Shown one piece after another: positions 15,360 through 28,408 of a stretch of DNA of 64,000 nucleotides. Below the pieces are notes generated by a model, which ran no database searches, had not been told where the DNA came from, and saw only the letters and a list, made by a program, of their open reading frames with translations. The translations under genes were made by a program, and so were the position numbers. The DNA is from Eledone cirrhosa. Lineage: Eukaryota. The stretch covers positions 24,862,001 to 24,926,000 of the forward strand of contig OZ024750.1 of the NCBI GenBank assembly GCA_964016885.1, in the 5' to 3' direction. Positions within the stretch are counted from its first letter, which is position 1; the number at the start of each line of letters is the position of its first letter.

Positions 15360-16999
15360 ATCTAACATGTCCTTACCATATTTAAGATGGTTTGTCATTT
15401 TTTGAAGGTATTTAGGACTGCGTCATCTAAGATCCTTCACATATTAACCCTTTAATGTTCAAACCGGCCAGGATCCTCTACCTCTTTCTGTTCAAACTGG
15501 CTGTAACTGGCCACTCAAACTAATGTTAAGGTTTTGTTCTCAAAATAAATACTTTCAAAATCACATAGTTATCTCACATAATATCGAATCTATGTGAGGT
15601 AAAGCCTTTACTGCAAAAATACTATAGTATATATAGAAAAATGTAAATGCTAAAGGGTTAAGGTGGTTTGGTGTGTCTCTGAAGGAGAATTGGCAGTTAT
15701 TTCTCCCGATGAAAGTGAATTTGAAACAGTTCTGACAGTAAACCAAAGTTCGATCAACTATCAGGTCTTTGAAAACTTTTATCTTTTCTTGCAAAATGCT
15801 CCCCACAAACAGGTTTGGATCTTGGTAACTAATGAAATACCAGTAGTAGCAATATAACTGTTTATAGCACGCAGTAATACAGAGTACCCGACCTCCCATG
15901 GGTACATGCTGAAGCATATAAACAATATGCCCCCACACCCCCCACCGCAAGGTGGTCGTGGAGGTGCCACAGCAAAAAAGCACCCAGCCCACACTGTAAA
16001 GTGGACGTGTAGGCGCCACGAAAAAGCACCCAGCCCACACTGTAAAGTGGACGTGTAGTAGCCACGAAAAAGCACCCAGCACTCACTGTAAATGAGGTTG
16101 GTGTTAGGAAGGGCATCCAGCTGTAGAAATCAAGCCAGAATCAGTTCCTGTATGAGCAAGGCATGGTCAGCCGACCAGACACTGCACACAACAGGACAAC
16201 CCATCTAACCCGTGCTAGCGTGGAAGAACGGACGTAAAACGGTGATGATGATGAAGACTAAATAGAATGGAATGCTTATTGCGTGAAGGACAAATAGTTA
16301 ATTAGGGAGGGGTTTGACATACTGTAATGAGTCCTAAATATCTTAATTAATTAAACCTTTAGTATTTACATTACTCTATATTTTCTATTGTATTTTCATG
16401 GTAAAAGCTTTATTTTACATAATTATCTCACATAATATCGAATCTATGAAATTTTGATATTATTTATTTTGAGTTCAAATCCCGCCGAGGTTAACTTTGC
16501 CTTTCATCCTTACGTGGTCGATAAAATAAAGGACCAGTAATGCACTAGGATTATTGCTGGCCTTGTGCCAAAAGTAGAAACAATTATTTAATATGAGAAC
16601 AATACCTTAACATAAGTATGAGCGGCCAGTTATGGTCGGTTTAAACAGAAAGCAGGGAGTGAATTCTGGCTGGATATGGCCGGTTTAAATGCTAAAGGGT
16701 TAAAGTTTTCTTTGTAGTGAAGAAAAAAACACAGATAGGTTAATTTCCTCTTAACACATTACTTACATTCCAGGCCAACAATAAATGCACTCACAAGACT
16801 GGTAACTTAATCAAAGTTGTCCTCATAGGAATTTATATCCAAATGATAGCAATCCCAACCAAATACTCTTTGAAAAAGCTCATAAGTTTCCGTGACTGTA
16901 TATTCTGGAGTAACAATCCTTTCGTTCTGAACTTCAAACTAATTTGAACAACTGAAATATATTTGATAACTTATCTTCTAATACCTGATAATTCATAAC

Positions 17000-17485
17000 T
17001 CATTTATCTTGAATCCCTTAATCTCTATAACCTCTTTCCAACCTTATCTAATGGCTTATCTAATCCCTTAATCTCTAAAACACCTGTACCTCCTTCCAAT
17101 CTTATCTAGTGACTCACCTAATCCCTTAAACCTTATAACACCTGTACCTCCCTCCAATCATATCTAATCCCTTAAACCTTATAATACCTGTACCTCCCTC
17201 CAATCTTATCTAATCCCTTAAACCTTATAACACCTGTACCTCCCTCCAATCATATCTAATCCCTTAAACCTTATAATACCTGTACCTCCCTCCAATCTTA
17301 TCTAATCCCTTAAACCTTATAACACCTGTACCTCCCTCCAATCATATCTAATCCCTTAAACCTTATAACACCTGTACCTCCCTCCAATATTATCTAATCC
17401 CTTAAACCTTATAACACCTGTACCTCCCTCCAACATTATCTAATCCCTTAAACCTTATAACACCTGTACCTCCCTCCAATCTTAT
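17000..17485. repeat. Minisatellite, ~46-bp unit
   Basis: tatctaatcccttaaaccttataacacctgtacctccctccaatc. Confidence 0.92.
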
Positions 17486-18266
17486 AATAAGGGTGTAAGA
17501 CAAAATGTCCTGAAGTATACATTCCAGTTCTTTGCATTGTGGGGTTGACTTAATCTGTCACCACCTGACCCCTAGGTGGTAGACTTAGTCCACCACCTGG
17601 TATAACACCATTACCATGTCCTATTAACTATTATTTATAGTGATTGATAGAAGTGTTGCGGCTTAGTGGTTAGAAATTTGGTCTTACAATCATGAGTTTC
17701 TGAGTTTGATTCCTGGGCCAGGTGGTGTATTGTATCCTTGAGCAAGACACTTTATTTTATGTTGCTCCAGTTCACACAGCTGTAAAAATGAGTTGCAGCA
17801 TCACTAATACCAAGCTGTATCAGCATTTGCTTTTGCCTTGGACAACATCCGTGGTGGGGAGAGGAAAAATTTGCCTTAGCTTATGCCATGGAGGTGGACT
17901 TTATAGATGCAAACCTAAGGTCATTTGTAACCGAAAGGGAGTCTACAATAATGAAATGATCAACAATTATTATACTTATTTACATTAGGATGACTACATT
18001 TAAAATTTTCCCAGTGTTTCTTAACTCAACTGGATATTCTTAAAGAAATGCTGATTATAATAGAAATATAGTGTAGATGTGAAGTGAAGGAATGGTTAAT
18101 AAGTATTGTTAGAGGTGAAATAACACAAAATCAATGGTTTCGTTTTGATACAAAATTTACTTCACTTCACTTAATAAATGAACAAAGAATAAGTTACTAC
18201 AAGTTATAAAGGTTGATGTTTTTGCTGATATGGTGAAATAGTCTGTGGCCAGAGAAGGTGAGAGCC

Positions 18267-18540
18267 TGTAACACCAGGAGAGAGAGTAAAAGTCTGTAGA
18301 AGTCTGTAGACCCCAAGGGGTCTGTAGAAAGCAAATATTTTACACAGTTATTCTCTCAAGAACTGCTCCGAACTGCCTTTGCTTGGTCTAAGACAGGCTA
18401 TTTATATCTGTCGCTTCCTCTGTCCCCTGCCTCGAGGGATTGCCCATGCATAGGCTTGTTTTTGCCAAAAAGGAGGTAACCCAGAATTTGACAGTTAGGT
18501 GTGGACAGATTTCGCTACAGATGTATTGTAATGGGTTACT
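18267..18540 (-). mobile_element. Possible solo LTR
   Basis: tgtaac...gttac(t) inverted ends, TATAAATA on the - strand at ~18400, higher GC than flanks; no TSD confirmed. Confidence 0.3.
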
Positions 18541-18984
18541 TCAACCCCCAACATTTTATTGACCCTCTACAAAGCTTAAGTTATACTCACTATGGAGTAC
18601 TGCTCCCACAGTGGGGCAGTGCTGCAGTTGCACACATAGACACCCTAGACCGCAAGCAGAGAAAACCCACTTGATTAGTTGGCATAACGTCACTACCAGA
18701 TACACTTCAGCCTCTAGCTGACATACATGCTGTCTCCTCTCTCTATATTTACTGCTACTACAATAGCCTCTGCTCCTAAGAACTGGTTAGTTTCATGCCA
18801 CCTTTACTCAAGCATTCCCATTTCACTTGTCTCTTCTCTTCCTATCATACATGTTGTGCTCAATCCCTAGGCCCAACATGAACAACTGCACCCATTACTT
18901 ATACAACAAGACACTCAGACCAAACCAATCCAGTTTATATAACAAGACAGACACTCAGACCAAACCAAAACCAATCGGGTTTAT

Positions 18985-19352
18985 ACAAGACATACACATG
19001 TGCAATATAAATGTGAGAGAAAGGCAGAGCTTGGACAAACTGCGGAAGAAGTTGGTTTAAGGGGAATTTGAGGTGGTGTGCAGGAGAAAAGACTACATTG
19101 GTATGGACATGTGATGTGCATTGACAATGAGCGGTGGGTGAAAAAATGCCAGGAAATCCCAGTGGAAGGAAGCCGCAGTAGAGGACGACCAAGGAAGACT
19201 TGGGCAGAGGTTGTGAGAGCTGACCTCAAATCACTAAGGCTGGCAGATGAGATAACGAAGGACCGCACACGACAAGTGGAGACATGCCATGCTGAGACGA
19301 CCCGTCCAACCCATGCAAGCATGGAAAAGCGGATGTAAAAACGATAATGATG
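18985..19352 (+). mobile_element. RTE LINE 3' fragment
   Basis: QEKRLHWYGHVMCIDNERWVKKCQEIPVEGSRSRGRPRKTWAEVVRADL followed by the shared aacccatgcaagc...gatgat tail. Confidence 0.85.
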
Positions 19353-20455
19353 ACATTCAGACGAAACCAATCCAGTTTATATTACATTCAACAAAATTCA
19401 AGTTAATTGCAGAGATGTTTAGTAATTACAGTTCCCCTCCTCTCCAGGAATTTCCTGGTTCTTTATTACAAAATAGCCTCCTACGATATAAAAGTACACT
19501 ACTTCCGTCACATTCCACCTTTAATGATTAATAGATTAAGAAGAAATCTTCTCCCCTCTAACCTTTCAACTTGTCATTTGAGGTGATATTATTATATCAT
19601 GGCCTCAATTTTCATAAAACTATTTCAACTCATTAAAGTATTTACTGCTGTTTCTTGTTCAAACTTACTCCAACATTGTCGTGTCTCATTGTTGTATCTC
19701 GTTATTGTCTCGTTACAGCCTCTTCCTCTTTTTTTTTGGGGGGGGGGGGGCTCTTCTTTCCTTTCCTTTGGGTTTTACTACTATTTTATCACAATCTTTC
19801 TGTCTCTCTCCCACTCTCTCTCCCCCTCTCTCTCTCTCCCCCTCTCTCTCTCTCTTCCCCGCTCTTTCTCCCCCTCTCTCATCTCTTTCTCTTCCCCGCT
19901 CTTTCATCCATCTCCACCCTCGCTGTCTTCCCTCTCTCTCTTCCCCTCGCTCTCTCCTTTCTCTTTCTCTCTCTTTCCCCTCTCCTTTTCTCGTCCTCTC
20001 TCTTCCCCTTCTTTCTTCAGTTGCCTCTTCATTTTTCCAACTCTAATCTTCCCCCTTCCTTCTCCACCCTTCTCCCCATCTTCCTCTCCCCCTTCCCATA
20101 CTGCCTCTTCTATCCAGTCTTTAGACGTCGTTGCTTTCTCTTTTCTATATTTTTAATGTTGTAACTTTTCCCCTTCCTCTCTTCTTTAGTTTTCTATTTT
20201 CCTTCTTTTTCAAGCTTTTCTTTATTCTCTCTTTTCTCATTCACTTTTTTTTCACTCATCAAACTTTTCTTGTTCTCCTCATTCATTCCTTTGCCACCTC
20301 TCCCTCCTCCACCTCTCTCATCTTCATTCTTCTTATTTAACTCTTTCTTCCTCATTCTCAATCATTATCACATCTTTTAACCATAATTTACTCCGCCTGC
20401 ACCACATGTACTATTTGGCAGAAAATATAAACTTACTGCACAAAATTAAATTTAG

Positions 20456-21070
20456 AACTACACAAGCAGAGATCAACTACACAAGCAGAGATCAACTACA
20501 CAAGCAGAGATCAACTACACAAGCAGAGATCAACTACACAAGCAGGGATCAACTACACAAGCAGGGATCAACTACACAAGCAGGAGTCAACTGCACAAAG
20601 AGATCAACTACACAAGCCAGGGGTCAGCTGCACAAGCAGGTTCAACTACACAAACAAGAGTCACCTACAAAAGCAGAAGTCAACTGCACAAACCAGAGAT
20701 CAACTGCACAAGCAGAGGTCAACAACACAAACAGGGATCAACTACACAAGCAGAGATCAACTACACAAGCAGAGATCAACTACACAAGCAGAGATCAACT
20801 GCACAAGCAGAGATCAACTGCACAAGCAGAGGTCAACACCATAAGCAGAGGTCAACACCATAAGCAGAGGTCAACACCATAAGCAGAGGTCAACACCATA
20901 AGCAGGTATCAACTACACAAGCAGGAGCCCACTACACAAGCAGGAGTCCACTGCGCAAACAGAGGTCAACAACACAAGCAGGGATCAACTACACAAGCAG
21001 AGATCAACTACACAAGCAGAGATCAACTACACAAGGAAGGGTCAACTACAGAAGCAGGAGTCAACTACAT
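20456..21070. repeat. Minisatellite, 19-bp unit
   Basis: cacaagcagagatcaacta. Confidence 0.92.
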
Positions 21071-21507
21071 ATTAAAATAATCACTGTTCTTCTATATCTC
21101 ATCTCCCTACAGTTTTTCCTATCTTTCCTCTAAATCTATTCTTCTCTCTCCTCTTTTTACCATCTTTTCTTCACTGTCTTTCTTTCTTCCCATCCTTTCT
21201 CTACACCACTCCAACATTAATTTAACTATAAGAAGTGTATAGTTATTGGACCTGCTACAAATCACATCCCAATTTTAAAAGTCTAGTCATATATATATAA
21301 GGGCTTTCCTGATGATTTCCTCCAAATGAAACAGTTCTAGTCCTGTATAAGCCATTTCTATATTAAACATTGTATATATTCTACTATGTATTGAGTACCT
21401 TGCTTACTGTGGTTACCCCCAATTGAACCCGGGATACACACATATATATATGTGTATGTGCTACCCCTGCTGTCATGGAAGATGGACATTAAACGATGAT
21501 GATGATG

Positions 21508-21690
21508 ATTGGCAGTATCGGTAGAGGGTCGGACGCCATGCTTTGCAGCAAAGAGTTACGGCCCTTTATGATCTGAGTTCAAATCCCGCCGAGGTTAACT
21601 TTGCCTTTCATCCTTACGGGGTCGATAAAATAAAGTACCAGTAATACACTGGGATAATTGCTGGCCTTGTGCCAAAAGTAGAAACAATTA
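21508..21690 (+). mobile_element. SINE family B (other copies ~12620-12800+, 13625-13810-, 16470-16588+, 29378-29465-, 37975-38197+, 38858-39050-, 49373-49580-, 53376-53570+)
   Basis: Shared gagttcaaatcccgccgaggttaactttgcctttcatccttacggggtcgataaaataaagtaccag...ccttgtgccaaaagtagaaacaatt(att)n; B-box-like GAGTTCAAATCC. Confidence 0.85.
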
Positions 21691-22036
21691 TATATACATA
21701 CACATATATGTATTTGAACAATAAAAACAGAGGTCAGGTGTAGGTAGAGAGAGTTAGTTCATTGTTTTATGATTGCTTCAGAGGGTCAATTGATCAATGG
21801 AGATTGCTGTATCAACTAGCATGGTAGTGGTTAAGTTACTACCTATTTCTAGTCTCGAAACCCCTGTTCAATCGGCCAGACATCTCCAGAAACACTCTGC
21901 ACAAAACTGGATGTCAGCTCCAATGTCTTCAGCTAAACAACTAACATGTTTACCCTATATTTGTTATCTAATGCTATGTCTTATCATCATTTCACCACCT
22001 CACATTTTCCCATCTATTCACCCCCACTCACCTCAT

Positions 22037-22380
22037 ATCATCATCATCATCATTTAATTTTACGTCCGCTTTTTCCCTGCTTGCAAGGGTGGGACTGGAA
22101 CTGATTCTGGCTTGATTTCTACAGCTGGATGCCCTTCCTAACACCAACCTCATTTACAGTGAGTGCTGGGTGCTTTTTTGCCGTGGCAACCCCATGACCA
22201 CTTTGCAGTGGAATGATATGGACCCCAGTCCCTATCATCTCATTTCTACAGCTGAGTAAACTGGAGCAATGTGAAATAAAGTGTCTTGCTCAAGGAAACA
22301 ACACATCACCCGGTCTGAGAATTGAACTCACAACCTTTCGATTGCAAAGCCAATGCTCTAACCACTAAGCTATGTGCCTC
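22037..22380 (-). mobile_element. SINE family A, full copy
   Basis: Near-identical reverse complement of 47437-47762. Confidence 0.85.
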
Positions 22381-22808
22381 CACATATATATATATATATA
22401 TATAAATCAGGATGGATTCAATTTGAAACTGGTTAGACCATTACTCAAGAGAGTACTCAATACTTAACGTAGTAGAGTATGCTTATATGATAAAGAGTTG
22501 GCAATGGCTGAGCTCTTTATAATATATATATATATATATATATATAGTAATAATAATAAATTTGAAGACTAAAATCCAAAGAGGGCTCGATAAGGATAAA
22601 TATATATCAAATATATAAGAACCGTAGAGCAAATATTTATTAAAATAACAGATTAAAGTTTAAGCAAAGAATCGCTGCTTTCACCCTTAACGGGATCTTC
22701 TGAATAAAAAATATATATATATGTTTATCCTGGGTTCAATCGGGGGAGGTAACCATAGTAAGTAAGGTACTCAATGCATAGCGGAGTATAAATATTTAAT
22801 ATAGAAAT

Positions 22809-22851
22809 GGCTTCTACAACTGTTTCATTCAGGAGAAATCATCAGGAAAGC

Positions 22852-22852
<1 letters not shown>
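22809..22852 (-). ncRNA. Minimal type I hammerhead motif (degenerate paralog at 21302-21353 +)
   Basis: GGCUUUC-CUGAUGA-U-UUC(UCCU)GAA-U-GAAA-CAGUUG-UA-GAAGCC; near-palindromic stem III, GUA site. Confidence 0.6.
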
Positions 22853-22893
<41 letters not shown>

Positions 22894-22981
22894 CAGCCTC
22901 CTTTTCTTATATTAAAACTCTTACTTTCTCTCCTATTTCTTTTAACTTTTCTCTTAGATTTTCTTATCACCTCTCCTGTCA

Positions 22982-23057
<76 letters not shown>

Positions 23058-23329
23058 CTCTCTGTCTCTCTTTCACTCCTCTCTCACTCTGGTCTCTCTC
23101 ACCTTCTCTCTTTCACTCATCTCTCTCTTTCTCTTCATATTTTATCATTACCCTCCACTCACATAGTTTCTTTCCTCAACCCTCTCTCCACACACCTTTA
23201 AATGTTAATAGCTGTCCCCTTCACCCTTTCCACCTCTCCCACCTTATGTGTCCTCATTAGGTCCCTCCACTCTCTCTCCCCACTGCTGTCATCTTCACTC
23301 CACTACTAATAATACTTCACCACCACTAG

Positions 23330-23972
23330 TGATAAATACACCATCACACCATCATCACCAACAGCAACAACCATCACACCATCATCAACAACAACAACCA
23401 TCAACCACCACCACTACCACCATCAACCACTGACCCCCCTCCCCCCACCACCACCACCACAATGATTGCATCACCTCGACACCAATTACAACCATCACCA
23501 TCACTATCCCCACCACCACCATCACCAATGACAACAACCACCATCAACCATCACCTCCACCACCACAACTACCACCACTACCACCACCACAACTACCCCC
23601 ACTACCACCACCACCACAACTACTACCACCACCACAACCACCACCAATGACAACATCAACCATCACCACAATAATAGCCACCACCACCACACCGCCACCA
23701 CCACCACAATAATAACCTCACCACCATCAACTACCACCACAATGATTGCTTCACCTCCACACCAATTACAATCATCAACACCAACAACAACAACCACCTC
23801 AACGATTGCCTCATTCTCTACACCACACTATCACCACAATGATTGCCTCACCACCACACCACCACCGCCACAACCACTACAATGATTGCTTCACCACCAC
23901 CACACCACCACACCAGCACCGCCACAACCCCCACAAACACTGCTTCACCTCCACACCAATTACATCCACCAT
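23330..23972. repeat. (CAC/CAA)n low-complexity tract (similar tracts at 25705-25980 and 48013-48996)
   Basis: Degenerate trinucleotide repeats. Confidence 0.9.
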
Positions 23973-24396
23973 GGTATCAAGTATTTCATACTTTGACATT
24001 TTCTTTTATAAACGTATTCCCTTGTGCTTCTCTTGTAAAATAATTTCACTCTCATTTTACAAAGTAGAAGAAATACAAAAATTAAATAAACATAGAAATA
24101 TCAAAACTGAACGTCTAACATGTCTGATGCCCTGATGTCGTCTGCTGAATGTCTGATGTTTGTGTGTGTCATCTGTTGATAGTATGATGTCTGTGTCTTC
24201 TGCTGAACGTCTGAGAGGTCTGTGTCCTCTGCTGATAATATAGGAACAAAGAAAAGTTTCACAGCCTGAGCAACAAACAAAAAATATTCAAAGGAAACTT
24301 TACAAAACTAAGAACAACGTCCATAATCACAACTTTTGTTATCATTGTAAATTTTAAAAAGCCAAACATTTGAGATAAAGCGTCCCTGCTATTCAA

Positions 24397-24457
24397 ATGA
24401 TGGAAAATTTTATGAGCAGTGGCCGAAATATCTCTTTTAAATCTCAAAATGCAGCAG
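24397..24457 (+). CDS. Probable first coding exon of the Kir gene (MMENFMSSGRNISFKSQNAA+G)
   Basis: ATG at 24397 with an in-frame TAA upstream (24376). Consensus donor CAG|GTAAGT at 24457/24458. Phase 1 matches the phase-1 acceptor at 30284 (G+AT=Asp), giving a 414-aa protein. No homology support seen. Confidence 0.55.
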
Positions 24458-25109
24458 GTAAGTGATATATTAACCCTTTAGCATTTAAACCAGCCATATC
24501 CAGCTAGAACTCTCTCATCCCTTTCTATTCAAACAGGTCATAACCGGCTGCCCATACTGATGTTAACCCATTACTCTATGTATACAATTGTATTTTTATG
24601 GTAAAGACTTTAACATACATAATATCAAACCTATGAGATTTTAATATTATTTATTTTGAGAACAATACTTCAACATAAGTATGACGGCCAGTTACAGCCA
24701 GTTTGAACAGGAAGAGATGAGAATTCTAGCTGGATACGGCTGATTTAAATGCTAAAGGTTTAAGGTATTGTTCTCAAAATAAATAATATCAAAATCTCAT
24801 AGATTCCATATTATGTGAGATAATTATATAAGATAAAGCCTTTACCATGAAAATATATTATATATAGAGAAATGCTAAAGAAGCAAGTTTTCATTTAAAC
24901 ATTGTTATTATTACTATATTCTACAGTTACTTACACAGCTCAAGAAAAATAATACTTTAAATAAACCAACATTTATAAAATAATGGTATATTTTTTATTA
25001 AGTACAAGGACCTACAATGTTAAGGGATATTATAAAAACAGGAAAAACTTCCACACAAATTATTTCAGTTGATTTTGACTGTCCTTGTCATTGGTGTTAT
25101 TATTTAACC

Positions 25110-25342
25110 GCCAGTCAGCTCAGATCTTATTGTTTAACCCTAGCTCATCACATATCTTATTGTTTAACCCTAGGTCATCTCAGATCTTATTGTTTAACCC
25201 TCGGTCATCTCAAATCTTATCATTTAACCCCAGGTCAGTTTGTATCTTGTTATTTAACTCTAGGTCATCTCAGATCTTATTGTTTAACCCTAGGTCAGCT
25301 CATATCTTAATGTTTAACAGTAGGTCAGCTCTTATCTTATAA
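25110..25342. repeat. Minisatellite, 30-bp unit
   Basis: taggtcatctcagatcttattgtttaaccc. Confidence 0.88.
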
Positions 25343-26448
25343 TCAAATACCTTCCAGTCGAGACCATCTCATTGTTTCAAGCAAAGTACATCTAAGACTA
25401 TATTCATTGACTACATATATTATCTAATGTATCCTTCCTTTTTAAGATGGTAGAATTTGGTTTGGGGGACTTTAGCTGCTATTTTAAGCAAGTTAAGCGA
25501 CTACATAGAGGCGCATTCACTGTTTTATTGTTGTTGTTTAGCCCCAGGTCAACCGTGTTCAACCAGTCCTATGATTAAAAACACTCCAGCTGTGACCATT
25601 CAGTTTTTCTATGTATGAAGAGGGGGCTCCAACATGATTAAATGCTTCCTTTTGTAAGACGGGCTGTGATTTGAAGAAATATTGGCTACTGTTTTTAACA
25701 GGTCAAGTGATGGTGGTGGTATTGGTGTTGGTGGCAGTGGTGGTGATGGTCATAGCATTGGTAGTGGTGGCAGTGGTGGTGATGGTAATAGCATTGATAT
25801 TGGTGGCAGTGGTGGTAGCATGTTGATGATGGTTATAGTGGTGTTGGTGGCAGTGGTGGTGGTTGTAGTGGTGTTGGTGGCAGTGGTTGTAGTGGTGTTG
25901 GTAGTGGTGACAGTGCTGGTGCCAGTGATGGTAACATGGTGATGATAGTAGTAGTAGTAGTGGTGGTGGTGGTGGTTGTACTATTATTGTTAGTAATAAC
26001 AGTACAGCAATAACTAAAATCAATGATAATAATCTTGTAACAATATTATGGTTGTTATTGTTGTTATTGATATTTAGAAAGGAAAGAAAAGGAAAGAACA
26101 TTTCTTGTATATTTATACATATTCTCATTTTTTCTTTTTTAAGGATTGGATTTCCTCAAAAGAATTGTGAAAATATGGAAGGTTTATATTTTTTCTCCCT
26201 CTCTCTCTAACTTTTCAACACTTTGCACCTTAGTTTTTTTATGTTTTCTTATCACAGCTTCTTCACTGAAAATATCTCTTCACTCTCACAAATTAGAATT
26301 ATTTAGTTAATGTTTTGTTTTTCGAATAGGCTATGTAGCCGGTAAACCTTAAAGGGACGCAACATACACTTATCACAGCTTCTTCACTGAAAATATCTCT
26401 TCACTCTCACAAATTAGAATTATTTAGTTAATGTTTTGTTTTTCGAAT

Positions 26449-26824
26449 AGGCTATGTAGCCGGTAAACCTTAAAGGGACGCAACATACACTTATCACTAT
26501 AGTGTTTCACCAGCCCTTTCCTACCTTAATCATTCATAGATGTGTGTATTTGTAATAATTATTTTGTATAATGTGTCTATTTATGAATATGTATGAGTAG
26601 ATGTGTGTGTGTATGTATGTATGGGTTTGCACTTCTGTAATCTGTATCTGTTTGTGTTTACGTGAAGATGTGTGTGTATGTAACTAAAGCGTAACGTACG
26701 TTACGAATGGACGACTAAATGATTTTAACTTGTTTTTTAACAATTGATGGGGGAAAAGATTTCAAATTGTCTTAACTCGGGGTGCAACTCATGCTGTCTG
26801 ACACTCTTACCGGCTACATAGCCT
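26449..26824. mobile_element. Unclassified TIR element
   Basis: Perfect 18-bp inverted repeat AGGCTATGTAGCCGGTAA / TTACCGGCTACATAGCCT; no clear TSD. Confidence 0.5.
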
Positions 26825-28148
26825 GGGAGTCTATTTTACTGGGACCAGCTACGTAGCCTCTTTCTTTTCTTTTCTTCTCCTCACCAGTAATGTCATGTGT
26901 CTGTTGTTTATAGTAATGCAACAATGAGATTTACTGTCTAACCCATGCTAGCGTGGAAAATGGACATTAAACGAAGATGATGATGATGATGATGAGATTA
27001 TCATAATTTTAGCTGTGAATGATTTTAGCCATCTTTTGCTGATCTTTGCCATTCTTCTTTTTCTCTCACTTTCTTTAATTGACTCTTATGTAATTCTATT
27101 CCCTTTTAATGTCCACCAATACACCTTGTGTTGTTTAGCCCTTTAGCATTTAAACCAGCCATATCTGGCCAGAATTCTCTCACCTCTTTCTGTTCAAACC
27201 GGCTGTAACCGGCCACTCATAGTGACATTAAAGTATTGTTCTTGAAATAAATAATGGCAAAATCTTATAGATGTGATATGTGAGGTAAAGCATTTACTGT
27301 GAAAATACAATAGTAAATATAGAATAATGTAAATGCTAAAGGGTTAAGGTATTGTTCACAAAATAAATTATAACATCATCAAAATCTTATAGATTCCATA
27401 TTGTGTGAGATACAGCCTTTACTGTGAAAATATAATAATAGAGTAATGTAAATGCGAAATGGTTAAATACAACTGATATTCCATCACTATTTACTATTTT
27501 GTATTATACAAGACAGGCACGCTTAACGCTTTAGCATTTACATTACAGGTTCTGTCCCTTCCATGTAGTTAAAAGATATTTCATCTTGTTCCAGTGCATT
27601 TATTTAACCCTTTACCATTTATATTACCCTATATATAGTATTATATTTTCACAGTAAAGGCTTTACCTCACTTAATTATCTCACATAATAGCAAATCTAT
27701 GAGATTTTGATATTATTTATTCTGAGAACAATACCTTAACATCAGTAAGAGTGGTCAGTTATAGCCAGTTTAAATGCTAAAGGGTTAAAATAATTTTTTT
27801 GCTTGTCCCTAGCTGAACTCTGCAGCATTTCTTGGTGAAAAGGACAGTCTGTTGATGCTTGTGAGTCTGTCTGTCTGTTTCTCGTTTGGCTAAGCCCTTG
27901 TGCACCGTTCTCTCCCTTTGTCAGTTGACACATTTTGGATACTTTACCATCTATAATTTGTGTAATTCATCAAAACACATAACTTGTCCTGTCTTTGTCT
28001 CTACTTGTTTTCTTATCTCTCAATATGCAATGGAATGAATGGTATCAACCTAAAAACACCGAAACCATATTGATTTCCAGAGGTTGACTGAGGAGATGGG
28101 TTCCGTATTTTTTCCATTGTCTTTGTCTGGTGCACCCCTTTATTTTGA

Positions 28149-28186
<38 letters not shown>

Positions 28187-28255
28187 AAAAAGAGATGAAA
28201 TCGAAAATGCAACTGGAGTCTTATTTTTTTTCAAAATATATATATTTATTTGGTT

Positions 28256-28293
28256 CCTTTACCGGTTTCGCAGTTTTTCTGCTTTTCAAAAGG
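28256..28293 (-). ncRNA. Minimal type I hammerhead ribozyme motif (U3-A8 variant)
   Basis: CCUU-UUGAAAA-GCAG(AAAAA)CUGC-GAAA-CCGG-UA-AAGG: stem I 4 bp, stem II 4 bp, palindromic ACCGGU stem III, GUA site. Confidence 0.75.
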
Positions 28294-28370
28294 TGAGTTG
28301 AGATGGAGGGTTTGTGGTTTTTCTCACATCTCAGATATGAGAAAAACCACAGACCCTCCATCTCAACTCA

Positions 28371-28408
28371 CCCTTTGAAAAGCAGAAGAACTGCGAAACC
28401 GGTAAAGG
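28371..28408 (+). ncRNA. Inverted copy of the same hammerhead motif
   Basis: CCCU-UUGAAAA-GCAG(AAGAA)CUGC-GAAA-CCGG-UA-AAGG; one C-A mismatch in stem I. Confidence 0.65.

Noticed and set aside
8251-16926. Isolated exon-like segments (8251-8331 +, ~12875-12958 -, ~16767-16926 -)
   Set aside because: Plausible splice dinucleotides and short peptides, but no recognisable homology or consistent gene model.
19790-20360. Ser/Leu/Phe-rich ORFs
   Set aside because: Degenerate (CT)n pyrimidine tract.
27813-27860. 48-nt AG/GT-bounded mini-exon in the Kir intron
   Set aside because: Introduces TGA in the required phase; no other support.
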